Shown: one piece after another, positions 42,266-52,454 of the stretch
How the letters are laid out: each line of letters opens with the position of its first letter
Position numbering within the stretch: the stretch's first letter is position 1
DNA from: an uncultured Thermoleophilia bacterium
GTDB taxonomy: Bacteria > Actinomycetota > Thermoleophilia > UBA2241
NCBI GenBank assembly: GCA_963717965.1
Contig: CAVQXS010000004.1
Span: forward strand, 1,228-65,227
Length of the DNA stretch: 64,000 bases
Reading direction: 5' to 3'
Made by a program: the position numbers and the translations under genes
The notes under the pieces: model-generated
Told to the model about the DNA's origin: nothing
Databases searched by the model: none
Seen by the model: only the letters and a program-made list of their open reading frames with translations

Positions 42266-43289
42266 TCTGCGCGCCGCGTGAATGCGCCCGACGGTTGTCG
42301 AGCCTCGCCAACTGCCGTGTCTCATCGGCGCCTGCGGAACTCTGTACCTCAAGCCCAAGAGCCTGCAGCAGCATCTGCGCCCCCAGGATGATCGGCACGA
42401 CCGCGATCATGACTGTACCGGCGGTAGCACGTGGCCCGTGACCGTCGACTCCACCCAGCGATACGCGCCGAAGATGACGCCGAAGAGGAAGAAGACGGCC
42501 CTCTGAACGTGAGCATGGCGATGAGGCCGAAGTCATTGACGACGTGGCGTTTGACGAACCGCCAGGCGAATCGGCGCAGCAGACGGAGGGGAAAGGTCCA
42601 CGCCACGCGGCCGATGCGCAGCGTCGATGACTCGTGAGCCGTAGAGAGCGGCGGTGCTCACGTCGACGACACGGGCATCGATGACGTTGAGGCGAATGAG
42701 CATGTCGTTCTCGAAGAAGTAGTCCTGCGCCAGGCCGTCGAGCTTGAGTCGAGCGAAGGGTCGCCGCCGTGACGGCGGTGAATCCGCACTGTGGGATCGA
42801 ACACGTGCCAGTAGCCACTCGCCACCTTCGTCAGGAACGAGAGCACGACGTTCCCGAACCAGCGGGGCGAGGCATGTCGGTGGGACGGCCGGAGCGACGG
42901 AAGCGGTTGCCCTTGATGTAGTCGGCCGGCCGCCGCTCAGATCGGGGCACCAGGAGGACCGCAAGCTCTCCCGCGTCCATCTGCTCGTCGGCGTCCATCT
43001 TGACGACGACATCGTAGCCGGCCTCGAGGGCGGCCCGTAGCCGGTGAACGCATGGCGGCGCCGACGCCCCGTTGGCCTCCCGATGGATGACCTGCACTCG
43101 GGGGTCCGGGAGGGCCCGAGCCACATCCAGCGTGTCATCGGTGCTGGCGTCGTCGACGATGTGATGCGGTCGATCCAGCCGGCAGACCAACGACGACGGC
43201 CGCCAGATGGCGGGACTCGTTGTGCGCGGGGAGGACCACAGCGACGCGCGCCGAAACCGAACGCCGAGTCTTCCGACGTCGGGCTCCAT
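42258..43289 (-). pseudogene. DPM1/GtrB-like GT2 with C-terminal TM segments, heavily frameshifted (pseudogene or poor sequence)
   Basis: Fragments IVDDASTD, VVVKMDADEQM, KGNRF, LTKVASGYW, YFFENDML and TAGTVMIAVVPIILGAQMLLQA lie in different frames. Confidence 0.7.
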
Positions 43290-43420
43290 CACCCCGTTCC
43301 GGCAGTTGATCAAGGCTCCCGGGCCTGCAGAGGCACGCTCATCTCGAGTCGCCGATATTACTGCGTTTAGGGGCTGCGTCGCTCACCTCGGCGAAGCAGC
43401 CCGAGCTCTAGGATGACTGC

Positions 43421-44674
43421 ATGAAGCGAGCGGAATCCCGGCGAAGCGTCCTCGTCGTCGCCCCCGAGTTGCCTCTTGAGCCGCTCACGGGCGCCCATAC
43501 ACGACCGCTGTCGATCGTCAGGGCGCTCCTGCGTCAGTACGACGTCACGGTCGTGGGCTCGGCGCCGCCGGCGGCCGACCTGTCGGCGCTGCAGAGCACC
43601 GGGGCGGCGATCAGGTCACTCGCTGCCGCCCCCTACGAACGCTCGATCGCCGGACGAGCTCTGGCCCGAGCGCGGCAGGCGGTCTCCCCCGTACCGTTCC
43701 TCAGCCGGAGCTACTTCGAGGGCATGGGCCGTGCGGTCCAGAAGGCTGTCGAGGACACCCGGCCGGACGCTCTCCATCTCGTCAGCATGTACTCGTGCTG
43801 GTATCGGGACGATCGGCTGCCGGCAGTGATCGACCTGCTGGACGTGGTCAGCGCTCTCTGCGACGCCGCCGCGATCAGTCGCCCCTGGCGGTACGGAGCG
43901 GCTCGCCTTCAGCGAAGGACATCCGCGGGGGTCGAGAGCCGGGAACTGACCAAGATGGCCGCCGTCATAGCCATCAACGACGAGGACGCGCGGCGACTGC
44001 GAGCACTCCAGATCGAGTCGACGGTCGTCCCGCTGGCCATGACTGTGCCGACGGACGCCGAGATCGAGGCCGATGGAGGCGGTGCGCGGGCAGCTGGGCC
44101 CCTCATGCGCCCGGTCCGAGCGGCGGGCGGCGATCATCCGCTCAGCCTCCTGTTCGTAGGGGACTTCCAGCACCATCCGAATCGCGCCGCGGCCGCGTTC
44201 ATCCGGCGCGAGCTCGTGCCTGAGCTGAAGCGCCGCGACCTGCGGTTCCGGCTGACAGTCGCGGGGCGCGGAGCCGCTCGGGTCCACGATGGCTCGCGGG
44301 ACGGAAGCGTCGAGTACCTCGGCGACGTGCCGGACATGGCTCCGCTGTATCGCGACGCCGACATCGTCCTCGTGCCCGTCCCGTTCGGCGGTGGGACGAA
44401 GAACAAGACGCTCGAGGCTATGGCCTGGGGCAAGCCGGTCGTCGGCACACCCCAGGCCTTCACGGGACTCAGCGTGTCCCAAGGGGTCGCGTTCCTCTCG
44501 GTCCCGCTTGACGGTGCGACGATGGCGGCCGCCGTGGAGCGCCTGGCGCGGCCCCACGTCCGCGCCTCCATGGGCGCCGCAGGCCGCGCCTACGTGCGGC
44601 GCCATCACACACAGGAGATCGTCGACGAGTGCGTCGCGGCCGTGTACGCGCGAGTCCTGGGCGCCGGCTCCTGA
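43421..44674 (+). CDS. GT4 glycosyltransferase
   Basis: FVGDFQHHPN, GGGTKNKTLEAMAWGKPVV; TAGGAT-N6-ATG leaderless start. Confidence 0.85.
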   Translation: MKRAESRRSVLVVAPELPLEPLTGAHTRPLSIVRALLRQYDVTVVGSAPPAADLSALQSTGAAIRSLAAAPYERSIAGRALARARQAVSPVPFLSRSYFEGMGRAVQKAVEDTRPDALHLVSMYSCWYRDDRLPAVIDLLDVVSALCDAAAISRPWRYGAARLQRRTSAGVESRELTKMAAVIAINDEDARRLRALQIESTVVPLAMTVPTDAEIEADGGGARAAGPLMRPVRAAGGDHPLSLLFVGDFQHHPNRAAAAFIRRELVPELKRRDLRFRLTVAGRGAARVHDGSRDGSVEYLGDVPDMAPLYRDADIVLVPVPFGGGTKNKTLEAMAWGKPVVGTPQAFTGLSVSQGVAFLSVPLDGATMAAAVERLARPHVRASMGAAGRAYVRRHHTQEIVDECVAAVYARVLGAGS

Positions 44675-44694
44675 CCGACTGTGCGATACTTCCG

Positions 44695-45423
44695 GGATTC
44701 CAGGAGGCCATCACGGACTACACACGACTTCGACGACTACTGGCGGGCCGCCGGGGCAGCGCTGAGCCTGATGCGCTCCGTGAGTGGGGCGGACAGGAGC
44801 TCGGCTCGCTTGCCTGGATGCTGGGCGGCCGGGTGCTGCGCGGGTCGCTGCTGCGTGCCCGCATGGGCCGGGCGGACGGACTGGTGTTCTGCGACCGGAA
44901 CGTCCGCGTCCTGCACGCCGGTCACGTGTCCTGCGGCCGCGATCTCAACCTCGAAGAGGGTTGCCAGATCGTGGGGTTGTCGCAGCGCGGCATCGTCTTC
45001 GGCGACCGCTGCACCGTCGGGCGCCAGGCGATGATCGCGCCGACCAACATCTTCGGCGGGGAGCCGGGTGAGGGACTCAAGGTGGGTGACAACTCCAACA
45101 TCGGGCACTTCGCGTTCGTGGGCTGCTCGGGCTACATCGAGATCGGGGACCGCGTGCTCATGGGTCCGCGGGTCACGCTGCTCGCCGAGAACCACAACTT
45201 CGACGACCTCTCGCGGGCGATCAAGGCGCAGGGCGTGGAGCGGCAGGCTATCGTCATCGGCGACGACTGCTGGCTCGGGGCTGGCTCCATCATCCTGGCC
45301 GGCGTGTCGCTCGGCGCCGGGTCCGTCGTCGCCGCCGGCGCCGTGGTCACGCGCGACGTTCCTCCCATGACGGTCGTCGCGGGCGTGCCCGCTCGCGTCG
45401 TGCGCGAGCGGGCGACTGCGTGA
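44695..45423 (+). CDS. Left-handed beta-helix O-acyltransferase; start uncertain
   Basis: Hexapeptide repeats, ENH, IGDDCWLGAG, GAVVTRDVP, AGVPARVV. Confidence 0.8.
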   Translation, partial: GFQEAITDYTRLRRLLAGRRGSAEPDALREWGGQELGSLAWMLGGRVLRGSLLRARMGRADGLVFCDRNVRVLHAGHVSCGRDLNLEEGCQIVGLSQRGIVFGDRCTVGRQAMIAPTNIFGGEPGEGLKVGDNSNIGHFAFVGCSGYIEIGDRVLMGPRVTLLAENHNFDDLSRAIKAQGVERQAIVIGDDCWLGAGSIILAGVSLGAGSVVAAGAVVTRDVPPMTVVAGVPARVVRERATA

Positions 45424-46634
45424 GGATCCTCCTCGTCAACAACGCGGTGCGGCAGGGCAGCGGCATCGACGCCTTCGTCGCCGTGGAGAAACGGCTTCTG
45501 ACAGCACGAGGTCACGATGTCGTCGTGTTCGAGCGCGACAATCACGAGTACGACCGCGCCGCGCCGTCGCGTCGCGCGGCGCTTCTCGCCTCATCACTCT
45601 ACTCGCTGCCCGTCCGGCGGGACCTGAGCCGTCTCCTTGCACGCGAGCGCGTCGACGTGGCGCACCTGCACAACCTCGTCCCTTTCGTGACGGGCGCGGC
45701 CTACGACGCCTGCCGCGTCCACGGAATCCCGACCGTCCAGCACCTGCACAACTACCGCGCCTTCTGCCTGTCGTCCTGGGACTTCCGCGACGAACGAGGT
45801 GCGACGACTGCGTGCGAGGACGGCGTTCGTAGCGTGTGCCGTCCATCGCTGCTACCGCGGCTCCCGACTGGCGAGCGCGGGCTGGCGGCGGCGCGCTGGA
45901 TCGACTGGTCGCGCGGTCGCCGGAGCGGCTACGCGGCCGATCTGTACATCGCCAACAGCAGGCACACCGCTGATGTGCATGCGGCGCACGGGCTGCCGCA
46001 GGAGCGCATCGAGGTGCTGCACAACCCTGCCGACGACCTCGCGGCGCTTCTCCCTGCCGCCGAGCCGCAGGAGCGGCCCGACGTGCACGGCGGCAGGCCG
46101 AAGCTCACCTTCGTCGGCTCGCTGATCCGCACCAAAGGCCCGTCGGTCGCCCTCGATCTCGCGGCGGCGCTCCCTGACTTCGACGTGCACCTCATCGGCA
46201 CGGGCGACGAGGAGTCCGTGCTCCGAGATGCGGCCCGCCGGCGCCGGCTCCGGAACGTCACGTTCCATGGCCTGCTCCGCGACCGCGACAAAGCGGCCAC
46301 CTGGGCCGGAGGCTTCCTCACCGTGGTGCCCTCGCTCTGGGACGAGCCGTTCGGGCTCGTCGTGCCGGAGAGCTACTCGCTCGGCGTGCCGGTGCTGGCC
46401 ACGGTAGCGGGCGGCCTGGCTGAAACGGTGGCCGACGGCGAGACGGGGCTGCGCCTCGACCCCCACGACGTTGAGGGTGCGGCGGCCAGGGTCCGCGAGC
46501 TGTGGCGCGACGATGGCCGGTACCGGCGCATGCGCGCCGCCGCACGGGCGGCCTACGAGGCGCGCTTCACCGAGTCCGTGTTCGCGCCTCGGCTGGAGGA
46601 CCTGCTGCGGCGAGCAGCCGGAGCCTGCTCGTGA
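45420..46634 (+). CDS. GT4 glycosyltransferase; compensating frameshifts around 45790-45880
   Basis: RILLVNN, HLHN, HNYRAFC, PSLWDEPFGLV; the Cys motif CAVHRCYRGS is displaced into another frame. Confidence 0.8.
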   Translation: MRILLVNNAVRQGSGIDAFVAVEKRLLTARGHDVVVFERDNHEYDRAAPSRRAALLASSLYSLPVRRDLSRLLARERVDVAHLHNLVPFVTGAAYDACRVHGIPTVQHLHNYRAFCLSSWDFRDERGATTACEDGVRSVCRPSLLPRLPTGERGLAAARWIDWSRGRRSGYAADLYIANSRHTADVHAAHGLPQERIEVLHNPADDLAALLPAAEPQERPDVHGGRPKLTFVGSLIRTKGPSVALDLAAALPDFDVHLIGTGDEESVLRDAARRRRLRNVTFHGLLRDRDKAATWAGGFLTVVPSLWDEPFGLVVPESYSLGVPVLATVAGGLAETVADGETGLRLDPHDVEGAAARVRELWRDDGRYRRMRAAARAAYEARFTESVFAPRLEDLLRRAAGACS

Positions 46635-47737
46635 AGCTCGCACTCGTAGGTACCCGGGGCGTGCCGGCCGCCTACAGCGGCTTCGAGACGGCAGTGGAGA
46701 ACATCGGCCGGCGCCTCGCCGCGCGCGGTCACGACGTCACCGTCTACTGCCGGCCGCACATGGTCCAGGGGCGCTATGACCGCTACGAGGGCATGCGCCT
46801 CGTGTACCTGCCCACCGTGCGCAGCAAGCATCTCGACACGTTCGTCCACAGCTTCATCTCGACGATGCACATGGCGCTCTTCGTCCGGCCGGACGCCGCG
46901 TTCTACTTCATCGCCGGCAACAGCCCGTTCGCGCTGCTCTCCCGCCTGCTCGGCATCCCCAGCATCCTGAACGTGGACGGCCTGGACTCGCGGCGCGCCA
47001 AGTGGTCCGGCTCCGCCAAGTACTACCTGCGCTGGGCCGAACGGAACTCGCCGCGCTTCGCCACACGGGTCATCACCGACTCAAGGGAGCTTCAGCGGGT
47101 GTATCGCGAGGAGCACGGCGCCGAGACGACGTTCATCCCCTACGGCGCCGATATCCCCGAGACCAGAGCAGTGGATCAGTTGGAGCGGCTCGGCTTGAGC
47201 CCACGCGGCTACGTGTTGTTCGTCGGCCGGCTGGTGCCCGAGAACAACGCCCACGTCCTCCTGGAGGCGTTCGAGGGCCTCGCCACCGATCTGAAGCTCG
47301 TCATCGTGGGCGACGCGCCCTACGCGGATGCCTACCGGGAGTCGCTGATGGCGTCACGCGACCCACGCGTCCTGTACACCGGCTACGTCTTCGGCGACGG
47401 CTATCACCAGCTCGCCCGCAACGCAGCCGTGTTCGTGGTCGCTACAGAGGTGGGCGGCACACATCCCGTGCTCATCGAGGCGATGGCCGCGGGCAACTGC
47501 GTGGTCGTCAACGACCACGAGCCCAACCTCGAGGTGGTCGGCGACGCCGGCGTCTCCTATCGCGGCGCCGGCGGCGCGCAGGCGCTGCGCCTCGTGCTGC
47601 AGGAGCTGCTCGGCGACCCAGGTCGAATGGACGCGCTGCGGGCGACCGCGGCGGCGCGGGCCAAGGCGCTGTTCTCGTGGGACGCCGTCACCGACGCCTA
47701 CGAGAAGCTGGCGGAGAGTCTGACGCGCCGGCGCTGA
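46631..47737 (+). CDS. GT4 glycosyltransferase (DUF1972-type)
   Basis: GTRGVPAAYSGFET, NVDGLD, GRLVPENN, EVGGTHPVLIEAM. Confidence 0.88.
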   Translation: MKLALVGTRGVPAAYSGFETAVENIGRRLAARGHDVTVYCRPHMVQGRYDRYEGMRLVYLPTVRSKHLDTFVHSFISTMHMALFVRPDAAFYFIAGNSPFALLSRLLGIPSILNVDGLDSRRAKWSGSAKYYLRWAERNSPRFATRVITDSRELQRVYREEHGAETTFIPYGADIPETRAVDQLERLGLSPRGYVLFVGRLVPENNAHVLLEAFEGLATDLKLVIVGDAPYADAYRESLMASRDPRVLYTGYVFGDGYHQLARNAAVFVVATEVGGTHPVLIEAMAAGNCVVVNDHEPNLEVVGDAGVSYRGAGGAQALRLVLQELLGDPGRMDALRATAAARAKALFSWDAVTDAYEKLAESLTRRR

Positions 47738-47787
47738 GAGGCCGCAGGACGTCACACCCGGTCCGGCGGCTCCGGGGACGAGGCCTG

Positions 47788-49737
47788 CTACAGGCCGCCG
47801 AGCATGTGGCGGGTGCCGGGATGCATCGGGTTGAGCTCGAGTGCCTTGAGATACCACAGTCGGGCCGTGGCCGGGTCCTGGAACCACTCGAGCTGCAGGT
47901 TGCCCATCTGATAGTACGGCTCGTAGTTGGCCGGCTGCAGCCGTACCGCCTTGTCCAGCGTGGCCGCCGCGGCCCGCGGGTCGCCGCTCTGAGCCTGCGC
48001 CGCAGCCAGCGTCAGGAGCGGGTCGACCGCCAGCGGGTCGAGAGCCGCCGCGCGCCGAGCGCTCGACTCGGCCGAGGCGACCTGTCCGCGGCTCAGCCGG
48101 TCCTGAGCCTGCGCCGTCGACCGCTCGGCGAGGTACGGCAGCGCCCAGCACACGACCGCGAACAGGACCACCCCCGTGGCCAGCAGACGCCATCCCCGGC
48201 TCGGGGCGATCGCGACGGTCGCGGGCGCCGCGGATGTCGCGGCCGGCGCGGTCCCGGCCGGGCCGGCGGCGGCGCGGCCGGCCCGGGCGGACCCCCGCGC
48301 CGCGGCCGCCCGCTCGCGCACGTAGGCCGCGCACACGCCGGCGAGCACGACGAAGGCGAGGCCGATCGCGACCATGTCCCAGTCCCAGTCGAACGAGATG
48401 TGGACGACGAACGCGGCCACCGCGGCCTGGCACGCCGCGAGCAGCGCACGATGGGGATCGTGGCGGTCTCGCAGCACGCGGCCGAAGGCCGCGACGACGA
48501 GACCGCCGATCGCGACGACGAAGAGGACCAGGCCGACGATCCCGAGCTCGGACAGCACGTTGAGCCACTGGCTGTGACTGTGCTTCACGGTCAGGGTGTT
48601 CGTACGGTACAGCTCGTCGGTGAGGCGGAACGTGCCCGCGCCGGTGCCCGTGATGACGTGGTGAGCGAAGCCGCGCAGAGCCTCGCGGTACCAGGGAAGG
48701 CGGCCGCTGGTGCCGAGCGAGGTGAGCCGCTGCGCGTCGTTGTTGGGGCCCGACGGGGAGAGGGCGGCGTGGTAACGCGCGGAGAACCACTCCGCGCCGC
48801 CGTGCTGGGATATGTAGACGGAGCCGGCGGCAAGCGGCACGACGACGAGCACGGCCACCACGGCGATCCCGACGACGCGGGCCTGCCGTGGCGACAGCTT
48901 CACCCGCCGCTCCGCGTGTGAGACCAGGACCTGCGCGGCGAAGGCGACGGCCAGCGCCACAACGAACCAAAGGGCCAGCGTATGGCCCTGCGCCGCCCGC
49001 AGGCGGTCGTCGGTCGTCACGCTGAACAGCGTGTGCCCTCCGCGAAGTCCGAGCAAGACCGCGGCCGTGATCACCACTGGGATGGCCAGGGACGTGAGCG
49101 CGCTCAGGCGACGCGTCGTGAGCGCGAAGTAGACAAGCAGCGCGGCGGCGAGCGCCACGTACCCGCCGCGTGAGAACGTGAAGAAGAAGGTGAAGACGAG
49201 CAACACCAGCGCACTCGCCGCCAACCCACGGACCACGAGCCTCGTCCCGCTCCGAGACGCAACCACGAGGAAGACGGGGAGCCCCATGACGATCAGGGCC
49301 GCGAGCACGTTCCAGTAGCCGATGGGCGCTCTAAGCCGTGCGAACACGTGAGCGTCGGCGACCACGTCCGGGGCGATCTTGCCGAGGAAGGCATAGGCCG
49401 AGACGACAACGACGACGAGCCCGAACCCGTAGGCCGTGAGGCGAAGCTGGGCCGGCCCGCCGGACAGCAGCCCGACCGCGACCATCACCAACAGATAGAG
49501 GAGGAGGACGTCGAACGACAGCCAGGAGAGGTCGGGGCCTGACGACCAGAGGACGGAGAGGCCCGTCCAGACCACGAACGCGGTGAAGGCGACCAAGGCG
49601 ATGAGGTACGGACGCGAGGGACGTGCGAGGGACCGAGCGCGCCAGACCGCCACCAGGGAGAGCGCCGCCAGCACGAAGAGGACCGGAGCGGTGCGCTGGA
49701 GGATGTACCCGCCGGAGAGGAAGCTCAGTACCGTCAC
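47788..49737 (-). CDS. O-antigen ligase / oligosaccharyltransferase-family membrane protein with a C-terminal TPR
   Basis: RLRAPIGYWN, TFSRGG, GTGAGTF, HSHS.WL..LSELG.VG; TPR-like helices at the C-terminus. Confidence 0.85.
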   Translation of the reverse strand: MTVLSFLSGGYILQRTAPVLFVLAALSLVAVWRARSLARPSRPYLIALVAFTAFVVWTGLSVLWSSGPDLSWLSFDVLLLYLLVMVAVGLLSGGPAQLRLTAYGFGLVVVVVSAYAFLGKIAPDVVADAHVFARLRAPIGYWNVLAALIVMGLPVFLVVASRSGTRLVVRGLAASALVLLVFTFFFTFSRGGYVALAAALLVYFALTTRRLSALTSLAIPVVITAAVLLGLRGGHTLFSVTTDDRLRAAQGHTLALWFVVALAVAFAAQVLVSHAERRVKLSPRQARVVGIAVVAVLVVVPLAAGSVYISQHGGAEWFSARYHAALSPSGPNNDAQRLTSLGTSGRLPWYREALRGFAHHVITGTGAGTFRLTDELYRTNTLTVKHSHSQWLNVLSELGIVGLVLFVVAIGGLVVAAFGRVLRDRHDPHRALLAACQAAVAAFVVHISFDWDWDMVAIGLAFVVLAGVCAAYVRERAAAARGSARAGRAAAGPAGTAPAATSAAPATVAIAPSRGWRLLATGVVLFAVVCWALPYLAERSTAQAQDRLSRGQVASAESSARRAAALDPLAVDPLLTLAAAQAQSGDPRAAAATLDKAVRLQPANYEPYYQMGNLQLEWFQDPATARLWYLKALELNPMHPGTRHMLGGL

Positions 49738-49914
49738 GGTCGCGAGCAGCGCTGCAAGGCACGAGGCGGCGAACGCATCTCGAGCGGGCGAGACAGGCTC
49801 CAGGTGCAGCGGGTGACTCCTTGCTCGCAGTTCCCGGGGGGACCGGCCGACGGGGAACGAGTATACTGGATGACTGAACGCAACGACGGCGAGTGAGCAG
49901 GAGGGGTCGGCAGC

Positions 49915-50478
49915 ATGAAGCGAGCAGCGTCAGCGATCCTCCTCATGCTCCTGCTGGTCACCGCCGGCGTCATCACATCCGCCGTGTCCGCCGGGCCGCC
50001 CACCGGGATCCTCGGCGACGCGTCCGACGGGGTCATCAACGGTTCGTACAGCGCGTCTCAAGTGCGCGCCGCCTTGGCCGCCGTTCGCGGCGACCCGGCC
50101 TACATGCAGTACAGCGACATCGAGGGCGTGCTGGTCAACTACCTGGCCTCCCTCACGGGGGCCGGCGGCCAGGGAGCGACCGCGAGCGGAGGCGGCGGCT
50201 CGGCAGGCGGTCAGACGACGTCTGGCCAGAGCGGCTCGGCCAGCCAGACCGCGACGTCGGGCGGCGCCGGCCAGGGGGAGTCGAACGGCTCGCCGGGCAG
50301 TCTCGCGTCGCCTGCCGGCGGGACCGCGAGCGGCGCTCAGGTCCCCGGCGCATCCGTCCCCGTCGTCACCGCGTGGGATCGCGCCAAGGTGAGACTGGCG
50401 GCCGTGCCGTGGCTCTTCGCCGTTGCCGCGATCGGCTTCGCCGCCGTCGCCGTGCTGCTCCGCCGTCGCGCGCACTGA
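49915..50478 (+). CDS. Secreted protein with a Gly/Ser/Thr-rich linker and a C-terminal membrane anchor
   Basis: GGAGG RBS, signal peptide, low-complexity linker, hydrophobic helix followed by RRR. Confidence 0.65.
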   Translation: MKRAASAILLMLLLVTAGVITSAVSAGPPTGILGDASDGVINGSYSASQVRAALAAVRGDPAYMQYSDIEGVLVNYLASLTGAGGQGATASGGGGSAGGQTTSGQSGSASQTATSGGAGQGESNGSPGSLASPAGGTASGAQVPGASVPVVTAWDRAKVRLAAVPWLFAVAAIGFAAVAVLLRRRAH

Positions 50479-50515
50479 CGCCCGGACGAGGCCCCCCCCA
50501 CATCACGCCCTCCCT

Positions 50516-51817
50516 CTACACCACGCCGCGCGCCCCGGGCGACGCGCTGGTGAAGCAGATCGCCAGGTAGAGCATGAGCACGAACGACAGAGAGGCCAGG
50601 ACCCAGAAGAGCTTGGTCCGCTTCTCCAGAGCGATCGCCAGCCCCATGAACAGCGGGAAGACGACGAGCGCGAAACGATGGTACGAGTAGAGCGGCACGA
50701 GACGCGAGGGCTCGAGCAGCGGTACCAGCAGGGCCAGCGCGCAGTACACGCCGTACGGCAGCCGCAGCCGCCGGAACACCAGGACCAGGCAGAACGCGGC
50801 GATCACCAGCGCACCGAATGGAAGCAGCGTGCGCGCGAAGAGGACCTCGAGCCGCTCCCCGGGCAGGAGACCTGAAGGGAACAGCGACAGGTCGCGGGAG
50901 ATGGCGCCGATCCCCCTCACCGCGGCACGCGCGCCCCTCCACACGTCGACCCACGGCCAGGTCGTGTAGCGGTGCCAGTAGGTCCGCTGCACCTCGATGA
51001 AACGGGTCGGGTCCCCGAGCTTCGCCCAGAGGTAGGCCATGTAGGCGACCAGACCGGCCGGCACGAGCAACAGCCACGCGACCCGGAGGTCGTCGGGCCG
51101 GGACAACGACGGGCGACGCGTCGCCCAGCCTTGCTCGTCCGCGAAGATGAGCAACAGCGGCACGATGAGAACGATGCCGCTACTCCGCGTCAGCGTGGCC
51201 AGGAACCCCGCGATGCAGGCTACCACCCACTGCCGCCGCCGGGCGAAGTAGAACGCCGCGACGGTGAGGAGCAGGAACAGCGACTCGCTGTAGACCGCGC
51301 TGAAGACGAACGCCGTGGGGAACACGGAGATCAGCACGACGGCGCGGGCCGCCGCCCGGCGACTCGCCTCCGCCGCCGTGAGGCGGAACAGCAGCACCAT
51401 CGCCCACGTGTAGCACACCAGCGAGACGGCCAGGCCGGCCAGCCAGTAGTTGCCCAGCGTGAAGATACTCGTGACCCTCACCAACAGAGGGTAGAGAGGG
51501 AAGAACGCAGGACGTCCCGGACTGCCGCCGTAGCCCTCGCGAGCGATGTGAACGAACCAGCCCGCGTCCTTGCGCATCCAGGGGACCTGCAGCAGTCGTC
51601 TCAGCATCCCCCCGGCGTGGTCCCCGTACCGATACGCGACGTAGGCGCCGGCGATGACCGCGACGAGGACGGCGACGCGAGTGACCGCCGCGGCGATCGC
51701 GGCCTCGCCCGCGTACGAGAGGAGGCGTCCGTCGTCGCGCTTCCTGCTCCCCGGTGGCGAGCCGCGTCGATCCGTACCCTGTGAGGACGCTTCGCCTTGC
51801 GGGACCGACGAGGTCAC
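50516..51817 (-). CDS. PIG-V/Mannosyl_trans2-family GT-C mannosyltransferase
   Basis: W..KDAGWF..IA..GY, AFFPLYP, FPTAFVFSAVYSESLFL; GGAGG RBS before GTG 51817. Confidence 0.82.
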   Translation of the reverse strand: MTSSVPQGEASSQGTDRRGSPPGSRKRDDGRLLSYAGEAAIAAAVTRVAVLVAVIAGAYVAYRYGDHAGGMLRRLLQVPWMRKDAGWFVHIAREGYGGSPGRPAFFPLYPLLVRVTSIFTLGNYWLAGLAVSLVCYTWAMVLLFRLTAAEASRRAAARAVVLISVFPTAFVFSAVYSESLFLLLTVAAFYFARRRQWVVACIAGFLATLTRSSGIVLIVPLLLIFADEQGWATRRPSLSRPDDLRVAWLLLVPAGLVAYMAYLWAKLGDPTRFIEVQRTYWHRYTTWPWVDVWRGARAAVRGIGAISRDLSLFPSGLLPGERLEVLFARTLLPFGALVIAAFCLVLVFRRLRLPYGVYCALALLVPLLEPSRLVPLYSYHRFALVVFPLFMGLAIALEKRTKLFWVLASLSFVLMLYLAICFTSASPGARGVV

Positions 51818-51845
51818 GGAACCTCCGCGAACGGCGCCCTCACGC

Positions 51846-52454
51846 TCACCAGGTCTCGTACCGGTCTGAGCCCTTGCGGTACTCCTTGACCCGTTCACCG
51901 AGGCCGTCGGCGATCGTCATGATGCGGCACGACATCTCGAGCACGCTGGTGAGCTGGTAGGCCTCCTCGAGCAGGTGGCCGATGGCGAAGGGCCCGTGGC
52001 CGCGGAGCATCACGACGTCGTACTCCTTGAGCCAGGTCGGGAGCAGCTCGGCGACTTCCTTCGAGCCGGCGGTGAGCTCGGTGTGCACCACCGGCACCTT
52101 GTGCAGCAGGTAGGACCCCTCGCTGTCGATGGGGACGATCTCGTCGCCCATGAGCGAGCGGGCGATCGCGTAGGGCGGGTGCGTGTGCACGATCGCCTGC
52201 GCGGCCGTGCCCTGGTAGATCGCCCGGTGCACGTTGATCTCGGTGCTGGCGAGCATGACGTTGGCGTCGTTGTCGTCGAGGCCCGTTGCGATGATGTCAC
52301 GCTCCTCGAGACGGGCGAGCATCGACCCGCGGCGGGTGATCAGGATGCGGTCGCCCATGCGCACGCTCATGTTGCCGCCGTGCGAGCTGATGACGCCGGC
52401 GACGAAGAGGTCCCGGCCGATGGCCTGGAACTGCTCGAGGAAGGCCGCGCTCAC
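51846..52454 (-). CDS. Class II aldolase/adducin-family protein
   Basis: GGNMSVR, STEINVH, HTHP, RGHG. Confidence 0.88.
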   Translation of the reverse strand: MSAAFLEQFQAIGRDLFVAGVISSHGGNMSVRMGDRILITRRGSMLARLEERDIIATGLDDNDANVMLASTEINVHRAIYQGTAAQAIVHTHPPYAIARSLMGDEIVPIDSEGSYLLHKVPVVHTELTAGSKEVAELLPTWLKEYDVVMLRGHGPFAIGHLLEEAYQLTSVLEMSCRIMTIADGLGERVKEYRKGSDRYETW

